A DNA stretch of 37,305 nt, taken from the IMG/VR virus record IMGVR_UViG_3300035102_000519, positions 1 through 37,305 of that record, one strand, 5' to 3'. This DNA comes from a virus (Duplodnaviria > Caudoviricetes). This document shows, piece by piece, positions 8,802 through 17,169 of the stretch. A program made the position numbers and the translations under genes. The notes below the pieces were generated by a model. It ran no database searches, was not told the origin of the DNA, and saw only the letters and a list, made by a program, of their open reading frames with translations. Every line of letters starts with the position of its first letter. Positions within the stretch are counted from its first letter, which is position 1.

Positions 8802-9233
8802 ATGTGGGATCAATTGCTCCCGGTAGTCGCTACCGGGGTTTTCACCTTGGCGGGATTCGGCTTGTCCGCCTTTATCGAGGGCCGGAAAAGCCGACAGCAA
8901 TTTTTGCAGATGGTCTTCAACAAGCGAGTCGAGACGTATACGGACCTCATCAGGAAGACCCACGAAATAGCGATTGGTTGTTTCTTTGACGGCAATAATC
9001 AGCGTGTCATCGAGAAGGGAATGAAATTCCTGGACGAGTTCGGCGGATGCGCCCTTTTCGCCAGTCAAGAGGTCGCAACTCTTGCTATGGATTTCGCCAC
9101 AACTGCCGCTCGAAACGAGATGCCATTCCCGGATAAGCAGGAAAAGCTGGGAGCGCTCCACCGCGAATTGCGCGGCCGATGCCAGCAGGAACTGGGGATG
9201 GCCGATCTTCAAAAACAGCTTGTTGAAGAGTAG
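8802..9233 (+). CDS. Accessory membrane-anchored protein, antisense to early operon (143 aa)
   Basis: AGGAGG SD, N-terminal TM helix (LLPVVATGVFTLAGFGLSAFI), AT-richer sequence. Confidence 0.8.
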   Translation: MWDQLLPVVATGVFTLAGFGLSAFIEGRKSRQQFLQMVFNKRVETYTDLIRKTHEIAIGCFFDGNNQRVIEKGMKFLDEFGGCALFASQEVATLAMDFATTAARNEMPFPDKQEKLGALHRELRGRCQQELGMADLQKQLVEE

Positions 9234-9334
9234 CTTGACGGGGAACGCCTCGGCGATGTGCCGTTCCCAGGGTCGGCCGCTCAGGACGTGCAGGAGATCG
9301 CGCTGCTCCAGCGCGGTGATGCCGGAGGGGCGCG

Positions 9335-9781
9335 TCATCCGATCTTCTCCCAAAGCTCGCGCTTGCGCTTGGCCCGCGCCTTGTCTTCGGCCGTGATCTT
9401 GCCCAACTCAAAGAGCGGAACCTCATCAGGACTGAGCAGCTTGTAACCCGTGCCCTTGAGCGCGGCTTGCACCAGGCCGCCGTCGCCGGTGATCTTCACC
9501 AGCGCGGCCAGGAATTGCAGCGGGGTAGGCCTGTCCTCCTTGGAGGGGCTGGCCCAATTGTTCAGGGTATGGACGGATACGTCGTGGCCGGTCAGCCGCG
9601 AAAGCTCCTCGGCCACCAAGTCGCGGGAGAGCCCGCAACCCTTGAGCGCTCCGTTCAAGGCGTCCTGGACAGCCTCCGTGGTCCGGCAGGAGCCGTTTTC
9701 CAGCCGCTGCGAAGGCAGGCTGGACAGAGGAAGGCTCAGTTGCACCATCCTTGCGTCTGATCTCGGTGGGCGGTTAGACAT
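9335..9781 (-). CDS. Putative DNA-binding regulatory protein (148 aa)
   Basis: LSRDLVAEELSRLTGHDVSVHTLNNWASPSK HTH-like segment; second gene of early operon. Confidence 0.75.
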   Translation of the reverse strand: MSNRPPRSDARMVQLSLPLSSLPSQRLENGSCRTTEAVQDALNGALKGCGLSRDLVAEELSRLTGHDVSVHTLNNWASPSKEDRPTPLQFLAALVKITGDGGLVQAALKGTGYKLLSPDEVPLFELGKITAEDKARAKRKRELWEKIG

Positions 9782-9813
9782 TGTTTTCCTGCTGTGTGCC
9801 GGGTATAGGTAGG

Positions 9814-10038
9814 CTACGCGTTCATTGCAGTAGCAAGTTCGTTGTCCTGGACGATCTCGCCGTCCTTGAGCCCGAGCTTTACCGCGATGCGGTGCGTCTG
9901 GCCGCGCGTCGGGTTCCGGCGTTCGGCCAGGATGTCGTAGACGAGATTCGGCGGGAATCCGTTGGAAACCGCCCATTGGGAAATGGAGATGCCCTTGCGC
10001 TTGAAATCTTCCCGAACCTGTTCGGAGGTACGAAGCAT
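9814..10038 (-). CDS. Ner/Cro-like DNA-binding protein (BcepMu gp16 family)
   Basis: TSEQVREDFKRKGISISQWA..NGF..LVY..RGQTHRIAVKLGLK signature; divergent from repressor. Confidence 0.88.
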   Translation of the reverse strand: MLRTSEQVREDFKRKGISISQWAVSNGFPPNLVYDILAERRNPTRGQTHRIAVKLGLKDGEIVQDNELATAMNA

Positions 10039-10075
10039 AACGTAATCCTTGGTGTTTCTCTTTTTTTTGCGTGGT

Positions 10076-10154
10076 TTTGTGTGAACCTGTTTTGCTTTGT
10101 GTGAATTTGTTATGACCCCAAATGGGTACTTTGTCAAGACTCTGTTTGGAGTCT
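10076..10154 (-). promoter_or_regulatory. Early promoter and operator region (genetic switch)
   Basis: Minus-strand TTGACA (10137-10132)-N17-CATAAC (10114-10109); dyads ACCC-N5-GGGT and AGACTC-N6-GAGTCT; direct repeat TTTGTGTGAA. Confidence 0.65.
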
Positions 10155-10165
10155 CAGGGATGTTT

Positions 10166-10504
10166 ATGGCTTTTGAAACTTTGGGAGATAGAATCGCCCA
10201 TGTTCGAGGGGGATTGACTCAACAGGAATTTGCGGAGCGCTTGGGCATAAGCCGCAATACGTTGGTTCGATATGAAAACAATAAAAGGATTCCTGACGCT
10301 GAGTTTTTATGTATGTTGGCCAGGAATTTCGGTGCTGACCCTCAGTGGTTGTTGATGGGAGGGGAGCCGCCCATGGAGCTTTCGCCACGTGAGTCTGCGC
10401 TCATCGCCAACTACCGGGCCAGCCCTGAGGAGGCTAAACGGAGTGTAGAAACGACGGCTGCTCTATTCGCGCAACCAAAAATGGACGTAGATAAGGCCGG
10501 ATAA
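10166..10504 (+). CDS. Prophage repressor (XRE/cI-type HTH)
   Basis: LGDRIAHVRGGLTQQEFAERLGISRNTLVRYENNKRIPD..WLL.G; alternative start 10160. Confidence 0.9.
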   Translation: MAFETLGDRIAHVRGGLTQQEFAERLGISRNTLVRYENNKRIPDAEFLCMLARNFGADPQWLLMGGEPPMELSPRESALIANYRASPEEAKRSVETTAALFAQPKMDVDKAG

Positions 10505-10513
10505 AGGAGGTGC

Positions 10514-11362
10514 GTGGTGGCAAAATTATTTCCCTCTCTGTTGCTTTTGTGGTTTGCCCTAGCGCTGCTCGGTTGTGGCGAAGGCCAAGGCATTCAACCA
10601 AAGTTTTCCAACGCCAAGATGCACATTGCCAAAAACGGGCGTCTCATCTTCAGCGCCGAGACGAATCTACCCGACGGCACAAAAGTTAATTCTTGGATTG
10701 GGATAAAGGGAAAGAGCCTATACTCGGATGCTCCAATTAATCCTCGGCAATGGGATGTGGTGGTGCAGGATGGCCGGTTCCAAAGTTGGTTCCCTACAGT
10801 TTATGAAAAAGGGCTCAAAGCAGGGCAATATGTTTTGACCTTCAGCGTCTTGCCCGGCCAGGACCCAGTCCTTGGGTTAAAAAATAAAAGGCTTTCCGGG
10901 CAAGGGGTGGAGGTCTGGGCGGATGGACAAAGAGTGTTTTCGGAGAAGACGCCAATTGATCTTCCCGACTTGCCCCCACACGGCCCGCTGGTAATATCTA
11001 GTTTTGTCCTCCCCGTTGATACGCCGCCCGAAACTCGGGAGCTGGTCGATTCCGTTTCTTTGGCCGTGGCGGATACCTTCCCCGGCCTTGTCAAATACTC
11101 GTCGCAGATGGATTGCATCGGAATCGCCAGGCGCGAGGTCCACGCTCATAATGGCGAGTGGCGCAAGGTGGTCGTCCTGGAGTTCGTGGTCCACAACGAT
11201 GCCGATCTGCCGCAGGGTTTGCTTCCCAGCCGGGGGCATCACATCTTTCTTGAAATCGGCGAGGACGGCAAAACCCTGGCCGTCAACAAGCAGGCCGCCG
11301 TGTCCCTGCTCCTGGACAAGCCGTTCCACGACGCGCCGAAGTTCCTGGATATCCCTCTCTAG
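10514..11362 (+). CDS. Accessory lipoprotein co-transcribed with repressor (282 aa)
   Basis: AAGGAGG SD, signal peptide with lipobox LLGC; start 10514 or 10517. Confidence 0.8.
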   Translation: MVAKLFPSLLLLWFALALLGCGEGQGIQPKFSNAKMHIAKNGRLIFSAETNLPDGTKVNSWIGIKGKSLYSDAPINPRQWDVVVQDGRFQSWFPTVYEKGLKAGQYVLTFSVLPGQDPVLGLKNKRLSGQGVEVWADGQRVFSEKTPIDLPDLPPHGPLVISSFVLPVDTPPETRELVDSVSLAVADTFPGLVKYSSQMDCIGIARREVHAHNGEWRKVVVLEFVVHNDADLPQGLLPSRGHHIFLEIGEDGKTLAVNKQAAVSLLLDKPFHDAPKFLDIPL

Positions 11363-11373
11363 CCTCACCATCT

Positions 11374-11403
11374 CGGGCCGCCTCTCTGGTGGCCCGTTTT
11401 TTT
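11374..11403 (+). terminator. Intrinsic terminator of repressor operon
   Basis: CGGGCCGCC-TCTCT-GGTGGCCCG followed by T7. Confidence 0.85.
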
Positions 11404-11446
11404 GTAACACCCGTTACAATACCGCACCGACAACCCCGCATATCGT
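11402..11446 (+). promoter_or_regulatory. Late promoter of lysis operon with putative Mor/C box
   Basis: TTGTAAC-ACCC-GTTACAA dyad (11402-11419), identical copy at 18781; -10-like TATCGT at 11441-11446. Confidence 0.75.
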
Positions 11447-11529
11447 TGGGCCTCTACCGTACCCCTGCGGGGGCGGTCCGGGGTTTTCTTCTGCTTGACC
11501 GGGCCGCCCTCCAAACAAGGAGAGGCCCG

Positions 11530-11841
11530 ATGCATACCCCCCGAATGACCAAGACCGCGACTCTGGCCCTGGCATTGCTCGCCCTGGTCGCCCTGATCTC
11601 CCCGCAACAGCTGCCCGTCATCGTCTACAAGGTCGGCCTGGTCCTCCTGGCCGGTGTGGCCGGGTACATCCTGGACCGGGCGCTGTTCCCCTACGCCCGG
11701 CCGGACAAGTGGCTGCCTAATCGGAATACCCCGACTGATTGTATGGGGTGCACGCTCAACAGCAAAAACTCGTTCCTCGCCCAGTTCCGCCGCGCCGTAA
11801 TCGTGGCCGCCGCCATGCTGGCCGTGGGGCTGGGGCTCTGA
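11530..11841 (+). CDS. Putative holin (2/3-TM family)
   Basis: SPQQLPV..YK..LV.LAGVAGY.LDRALFPYARPD and RRAVIVAA motifs; precedes endolysin. Confidence 0.88.
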   Translation: MHTPRMTKTATLALALLALVALISPQQLPVIVYKVGLVLLAGVAGYILDRALFPYARPDKWLPNRNTPTDCMGCTLNSKNSFLAQFRRAVIVAAAMLAVGLGL

Positions 11842-12473
11842 TGGTCCGCCGCCATTGGGAGCTGTGGCTGGCCGCCCTGGTCGCGGCCTTGACTGTACTG
11901 GCTATGGTGGCCTGGTCGCATGCCGGAGGCATCCCCTCCCGCGCCCACCAGTACCGCTCGGCGCTCATCCGCTGCGCCCGTTTCGAGTGGGGGCTGTCCG
12001 CTCCTGTGGCCACCTTCGCGGCCCAGGTCCACCAGGAAAGCGCCTGGAACCCCGACGCCAGGTCGCGCTATGCCGACGGCCTGGCGCAGTTCACCCCGCA
12101 GACGGCCGACTGGCTGCCGGAGGTAGCCCCGCAGGTCGGCAAGGCCGATCCGTTCAATCCGGGCTGGGCGTTGCGCGCCCTGACCGCCTATGACCTGTAC
12201 CTGTGGAGTCTTGTTCACGCCGCGACCGATTGCGACCGCGCGGCGAAAATGTTGTCCGCCTACAACGGCGGGCTCGGCTGGCTTCGGCGCGACGAGCGCC
12301 TGGCCGCGGCCCAGGGATTGGACCCGGCCCGCTGGTGGAATCAGGTGGCAGCGGTCAACGCGGGCCGGGCCCCCTGGGCCATCAAGGAAAACCGCGCCTA
12401 TCCCCGGCGCATTCTGCTGCTGCTTGAGCCCCTCTACGAGGAAGCCGGGTGGGGCCGGGGGATGTGCCCATGA
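11841..12473 (+). CDS. Endolysin, SLT lytic transglycosylase with N-terminal hydrophobic (SAR/signal-like) segment
   Basis: AAQVHQESAWNPDARS, GLAQFTP, AYNGGLGW, ENRAYP motifs. Confidence 0.92.
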   Translation: MVRRHWELWLAALVAALTVLAMVAWSHAGGIPSRAHQYRSALIRCARFEWGLSAPVATFAAQVHQESAWNPDARSRYADGLAQFTPQTADWLPEVAPQVGKADPFNPGWALRALTAYDLYLWSLVHAATDCDRAAKMLSAYNGGLGWLRRDERLAAAQGLDPARWWNQVAAVNAGRAPWAIKENRAYPRRILLLLEPLYEEAGWGRGMCP

Positions 12474-13120
12474 TAAGCCTGTCCACCGCTGTCTCCATGC
12501 TCACCGGCGGCACGACCAAAAAAGTGATCTTTGGCCTGATTGGCGGCCTGCTGCTAGCGGCCGCCCTGGCCTTCGGGGCCTGGAAGTGTTGGCATGCCGG
12601 ATACCACGCCGCCGACCAAAAGCGCCGGGCCGAAGTGGCCGAGCTGCAAGGGGCCCATTCCCGCGCCCTGGCCGCCGCCGAATCTGAGGCCCGCCGCGCC
12701 CTGGCCGCCGCCACGGCCCGAGGCAACGCCCTGGAGGCCGAATACCTGGCCGCCCGAAAAACCATCAACCGTCAAGCCCAAGAGCTGACCAGAAAGAGGA
12801 TAGCCAATGCGAGTCGTCCTGTTGTTACTGCTGACGGCGCTCTGCGCGTGGGCCCCGAGTGGGTGCGCGCATACAACGAGGCCATCGGAGCCGGTCCCGG
12901 TGACGGTGGTCACCCCTTGCCCGCAACCGCCCCCGGCGCTGCTGGAGCGGCCGGAGCCGCCCCGCCCGCTGACGCCGGGGTACTTCGAGGAGACGGCACC
13001 GTGACGCCCGCCGACATCCTCGCCCACGCCCGCGACTACGGACAACGCAACCGGGCCATGGCGGCCCAGCTTAACGCGCTGATTGATTGGGCCGAGGGGC
13101 TGCGGGAGGTGGCGCAGTGA
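12470..13120 (+). CDS. Inner-membrane spanin (Rz-like)
   Basis: N-terminal TM, Ala-rich coiled coil, follows endolysin, contains an embedded lipoprotein ORF. Confidence 0.8.
   Translation: MISLSTAVSMLTGGTTKKVIFGLIGGLLLAAALAFGAWKCWHAGYHAADQKRRAEVAELQGAHSRALAAAESEARRALAAATARGNALEAEYLAARKTINRQAQELTRKRIANASRPVVTADGALRVGPEWVRAYNEAIGAGPGDGGHPLPATAPGAAGAAGAAPPADAGVLRGDGTVTPADILAHARDYGQRNRAMAAQLNALIDWAEGLREVAQ
12807..13004 (+). CDS. Outer-membrane spanin (Rz1-like lipoprotein) embedded in +1 frame
   Basis: GAGGA SD, signal peptide ending PSGC, Pro-rich mature part with CPQPPPALL. Confidence 0.8.
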   Translation: MRVVLLLLLTALCAWAPSGCAHTTRPSEPVPVTVVTPCPQPPPALLERPEPPRPLTPGYFEETAP

Positions 13121-13434
13121 CCGAAGTAACGCTCCCCCTGTGGCAGCTGCTGACGTTAGGCACAACCCTGCTTCTGGCTTTTCTCGGATTCGCGTTCACT
13201 GCCTGGAGGCTGGTCTCGGCCGCAAAGGATCGGGCGCATGAAAATGCCGTGAAGTGCGCTAACGCGGCGGCGACGAAAGCGGACGACAACGAGAAGAGCA
13301 TCCTCAGGCTTCGCGCTGAATTGCCCCTGGAATATGTCCGGCGTGAAGACTGGATACGCAATCAAACCGTCATCGAGGCCAAGCTGGATGCCTTGGCCGT
13401 CAAGCTCGACAATGGAGGTCGTTGTGGAAATTGA
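13117..13434 (+). CDS. Membrane-anchored coiled-coil protein (Mu gp25-like position)
   Basis: GTGA overlap; TM helix; LRAELPLEYVRREDWIR motif. Confidence 0.78.
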   Translation: MTEVTLPLWQLLTLGTTLLLAFLGFAFTAWRLVSAAKDRAHENAVKCANAAATKADDNEKSILRLRAELPLEYVRREDWIRNQTVIEAKLDALAVKLDNGGRCGN

Positions 13435-13732
13435 TCATGCCCGCGCGCGGCGGGAATACTTACGATGGGTGCTTTTGCTTACGCTAAACAACGCCCGGCC
13501 CATGGGGTGTTACGACTCCACGGCCCTGGCCACGGTCCAGGGGGTTTATGCCGACGCCACTGAATTGGAAGTCCGCAGGGAATTGGACTACCTCGCTGAG
13601 CGCGAATTGATCTCGCTGAACAAGCTGCCCGATGGCCGCTGGATCGCCAAGCTGAATCGGCTGGGGGTAGACTTGGCGGAATACACCATTGACTGCGAAC
13701 CCGGCATTGCCCGGCCCGAGAAGTACTGGTAG
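13424..13732 (+). CDS. Mu gp26-like winged-helix protein
   Basis: GGAGG-GTG start; VRRELDYLAERELI, GVDLAEYT..CEPGIARP motif; precedes small terminase. Confidence 0.8.
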   Translation: MEIDHARARREYLRWVLLLTLNNARPMGCYDSTALATVQGVYADATELEVRRELDYLAERELISLNKLPDGRWIAKLNRLGVDLAEYTIDCEPGIARPEKYW

Positions 13733-13734
13733 CC

Positions 13735-14277
13735 ATGCCGCGCCGCTCCGCAGTCAATCAACTGCCTACCGAGGTCAAGGCGTGGCTGGACCGCGCCCTG
13801 GCTGAAAACGGATTTGCCGACTATCAGCTCCTGGCCGAGGAACTCAAGGCCAAGGGATTCGATATTTCTAAATCCGCCGTCCACCGGTACGGCCAGCAGT
13901 TCGAGGAACGTCTGGCCTCCCTCAAGCTGGTGACCGAACAGTCCCGCGCCATCGTGGAGGCCAATCCGGACGACGACAACGCCATCAATGACGCCCTCAT
14001 GCGCCTGACCCAGGAGAAGCTGTTCGGCATCCTCATGGAAATGGAGGTGGACACCAAGAAGGTCAACCTGGCAGGGCTGGCCAGGTCTATTGCCGAGCTG
14101 GGGCGCGCGTCGGTCACACAAAAGAAGTGGATGGCGGAGGCCCGCGAGCAGGCGCGCAAGGAAGCCGAGGAGCAACTGGTCCAGGCCGTCGAAGACGCGG
14201 CCAGGGAGGACGGCGGCAAGGCCTCGGCGGAAGACGTCCTGCAACGGATCAAGGCTATCTACCGGGGCGAGGCATGA
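13735..14277 (+). CDS. DUF3486 / Mu gp27 family (putative small terminase)
   Basis: MPRRSAVNQLP..ISKSAVHRYG signature. Confidence 0.88.
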   Translation: MPRRSAVNQLPTEVKAWLDRALAENGFADYQLLAEELKAKGFDISKSAVHRYGQQFEERLASLKLVTEQSRAIVEANPDDDNAINDALMRLTQEKLFGILMEMEVDTKKVNLAGLARSIAELGRASVTQKKWMAEAREQARKEAEEQLVQAVEDAAREDGGKASAEDVLQRIKAIYRGEA

Positions 14278-15632
14278 GCGGCGTCCTCCATCCTTATCAG
14301 CGCCAGTGGGTGGACGATATTTCCCGTTTCAAGGTCGGGATGTTCGCCCGCCAGACGGGCAAGACTTTTTCCACCACCTTGGAAATTGCCGAGGACATCC
14401 TGGGGCATGACGTCCGTGGCGAGCGTTCCCGGTGGGTCATTCTTTCCCGAGGCGAGCGCCAAGCCAAAGAGGCTATGGACGAAGGCCTCAAGCTCCACCT
14501 GCGGGCCATGGGCACGGCCTTTGACTATTTTGAGGAAGACTCCGGTTATCGCTACGAAGACGGCTCCAGCATCAAAGCCCAAGAAGTCGTCCTCAAGCAT
14601 GGCAGCAGGGTAACGGCGTTGCCCGCCAACCCCGACACGGCGCGCGGGTTCTCGGCGAATGTGTTTCTGGATGAGTTCGCCTTCCATGCGGACTCGCGTA
14701 AAATCTGGTCCGCACTGTTCCCGGTCATCTCCAAGCCCGGCCTCAAGCTGCGCGTGGTTTCCACCCCTAACGGCAAGGCCAACAAATTCTATGAGCTAAT
14801 GACCGACGCCAAGCTCGGCAAAGTCTGGAGCCGCCATGTCGTGGACATTTACAAGGCCGTTGAGCTCGGCCTGGATCGCAATATCCAAGAGTTGCGCGAC
14901 GGTGTCGGTGATGACGACGCCTGGGCCCAGGAATACGAACTGAAATGGTTGGACGAGGCGTCGGCCTGGCTTTCTTACGACCTCATCGGCGCGGCCGAGC
15001 ATGAGCGCGCCGGTATCCCCGAGAACTACACCAGCGGCCCCTGCTTCGTGGGCGTGGATATTGGCATCCGTGGCGATCTGTTCGTCATTTGGGTTTTTGA
15101 AAAGGTGGGCGACGTGCTGTGGACCCGCGACGTGATCGTCCGCAAGCGCATATCCTTTGCCGAACAGGACGCCCTCCTGGATGAGGTGTTCGCCCGCTAT
15201 AACGTGGTCGCCTGCCGCATGGACCAGACCGGCATGGGCGAGAAGCCGGTGGAAGACGCCAAGCGCCGCCACGGCGAGCTGCGCGTCCAGGGCGTGATTT
15301 TCAACCCGGCAACCAAGCTCTACCTGGCCACCATCGGTAAGGAAGGGTTTGACGACCGCACCGTCCGCATCCCCCTCGGCGATCCGGCCCTACGGGCCGA
15401 CTTGCACAAGCTCCGGCGCGAGTCCACCCCCACCGGGGCACCCCGCTTTGTCGCGGAGTCCGACTCATCTGGCCATGCCGACCGGGCGTGGGCCTGTTTT
15501 CTTGCCCAGGCGGCGGCCGATGGCGGCCACGAATCCTTCGGCTACCAAGCCGTCCCCAAACCCAACCTTGACGATGACCGAGACAACCGGGTGGTGCGCT
15601 GCACCGCCGGATTCGGGAGAGGCATGATATGA
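14274..15632 (+). CDS. Terminase large subunit (Mu gp28-like)
   Basis: HPYQ, ARQTGKT, LPANPDTARG, LDEFAFH, STPNG, GVDIG, HADRAWA. Confidence 0.95.
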   Translation: MSGVLHPYQRQWVDDISRFKVGMFARQTGKTFSTTLEIAEDILGHDVRGERSRWVILSRGERQAKEAMDEGLKLHLRAMGTAFDYFEEDSGYRYEDGSSIKAQEVVLKHGSRVTALPANPDTARGFSANVFLDEFAFHADSRKIWSALFPVISKPGLKLRVVSTPNGKANKFYELMTDAKLGKVWSRHVVDIYKAVELGLDRNIQELRDGVGDDDAWAQEYELKWLDEASAWLSYDLIGAAEHERAGIPENYTSGPCFVGVDIGIRGDLFVIWVFEKVGDVLWTRDVIVRKRISFAEQDALLDEVFARYNVVACRMDQTGMGEKPVEDAKRRHGELRVQGVIFNPATKLYLATIGKEGFDDRTVRIPLGDPALRADLHKLRRESTPTGAPRFVAESDSSGHADRAWACFLAQAAADGGHESFGYQAVPKPNLDDDRDNRVVRCTAGFGRGMI

Positions 15633-17167
15633 AGACGCCCGTTTTATACGACCACCGGAACAGGCCCATCAAACGCACTGAGTTGAAGCGGGAAGTCGCG
15701 GCCCCGACCCTGACCGGCATCAGGACCATATGGGACAACCAATCCGTGGCTCTGGGGCTGACCCCGGCCAAGTTGGCCCAGGTCATGCGCGACGCGGCCG
15801 ACGGCGACGCCCGCGAATACCTGATCCTTGCCGAGGAGATGGAGGAGCGCGACCCGCATTACGCCTCGGTCCTGTCCACCCGCAAGCGGGCCGTGGCCGG
15901 TATCGAGCCCAACGTGATCCCGGCCTCGGACGATCCCAAGGACATCGAGATTGCGGACGCGGTCCAGGCCCTGGTGGACAAGCCCGAGTTTTCCGTGCTG
16001 GTGACCGACCTCCTGGACGGCCTGGGCAAGGGCTACTCCGTGTGCGAGATCATGTGGGACCAGCGCGGTGCACAATGGACGCCCAGGGAATACCTGTGGC
16101 GAGATCCCCGCTTTTTCGTTTTTGACCGCGAGTCAGGCCAGAAATTGCGCCTCCTGGACGAGGCCGACTCCTTCGAGGGCCGCCCGCTGCCGCCGTTCAA
16201 GTTCATCACCCACATGCCGCACCTTAAAAGCGGCATCCCCATCCGCTCCGGCCTGGCCCGCCTGGCCGCTGTGAGTTGGATGTGCAAGGCCTATACCCTG
16301 GCCGACTGGATGGCCTTTGCCGAGGTCTTCGGCATGCCCCTGCGTCTCGGCCGCTACGGCGAGAACGCGAGTGATCGTGACAAGGAGGTATTGGCGCGGG
16401 CCGTTGCGAACCTCGGCATGGACGCGGCCGCCATCGTGCCCGACACCATGCGCATCGAGTTCATCGAGGCGGCCAAGTCGGCGGGCGGCCAGGACCTGTT
16501 CTGGCGGCTGGCCGAATGGCTGGACCGCCAGCTCTCCAAGGCCGTCCTGGGCCAGACCATGACTTCGGACGACGGCTCGTCAAACGCCCAGGCTCAGGTC
16601 CATAACGACGTGCGACTGGACATCAAGAACGATGACGGCAGGCAGGTTGGGGGGACCGTCAACCGTGACCTGGTCGTGCCGTTTGTGGACCTCAATTACG
16701 GCGTCCAGGAGCGCTACCCGCGCGTCCGCATCCATGAGGAGGAACCCGAGGACATTACGGCCCTGGCCGACGCCCTGGACAAGATCGTGCCTCTGGGCAA
16801 CGCCGGTATTTCCGCCCGCGAAGTACGCGAGCGCATGGGCTTTCCCGAGCCCGATGGCGACACGGAGCTGCTTGGCCAGCCCCTCGCGCCCGCCGAAGAT
16901 CTCCCGGCGCTCAACCGTGCCCGGAACCGATCCGGTGCGGCCGACGCCGACGAACTGGACCTGCTGGCCGTCGAGGCCCTGGCCGATTGGGAGCCCGCCA
17001 TGGGCCCGCTGATCAATCCCGTCATGGACCTGGCCGAGCGGAGTTCGAGCTATGACGAGTTCCTGGCCGGGCTGGGCGAGATCGCGCGCGATATGGACGC
17101 CGAAACGCTTGTCCGATCCATGGCCGAGGCGACCTTCAAGGCGCGCGGCCTGGGTGACGCGGAGTAG
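15629..17167 (+). CDS. Portal protein (DUF935, Mu gp29)
   Basis: EEMEERDPHY, FAEVFGMPLRLGRY, SKAVLGQTMT, VHNDVR motifs. Confidence 0.95.
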   Translation: MKTPVLYDHRNRPIKRTELKREVAAPTLTGIRTIWDNQSVALGLTPAKLAQVMRDAADGDAREYLILAEEMEERDPHYASVLSTRKRAVAGIEPNVIPASDDPKDIEIADAVQALVDKPEFSVLVTDLLDGLGKGYSVCEIMWDQRGAQWTPREYLWRDPRFFVFDRESGQKLRLLDEADSFEGRPLPPFKFITHMPHLKSGIPIRSGLARLAAVSWMCKAYTLADWMAFAEVFGMPLRLGRYGENASDRDKEVLARAVANLGMDAAAIVPDTMRIEFIEAAKSAGGQDLFWRLAEWLDRQLSKAVLGQTMTSDDGSSNAQAQVHNDVRLDIKNDDGRQVGGTVNRDLVVPFVDLNYGVQERYPRVRIHEEEPEDITALADALDKIVPLGNAGISAREVRERMGFPEPDGDTELLGQPLAPAEDLPALNRARNRSGAADADELDLLAVEALADWEPAMGPLINPVMDLAERSSSYDEFLAGLGEIARDMDAETLVRSMAEATFKARGLGDAE

Positions 17168-17169
17168 CC

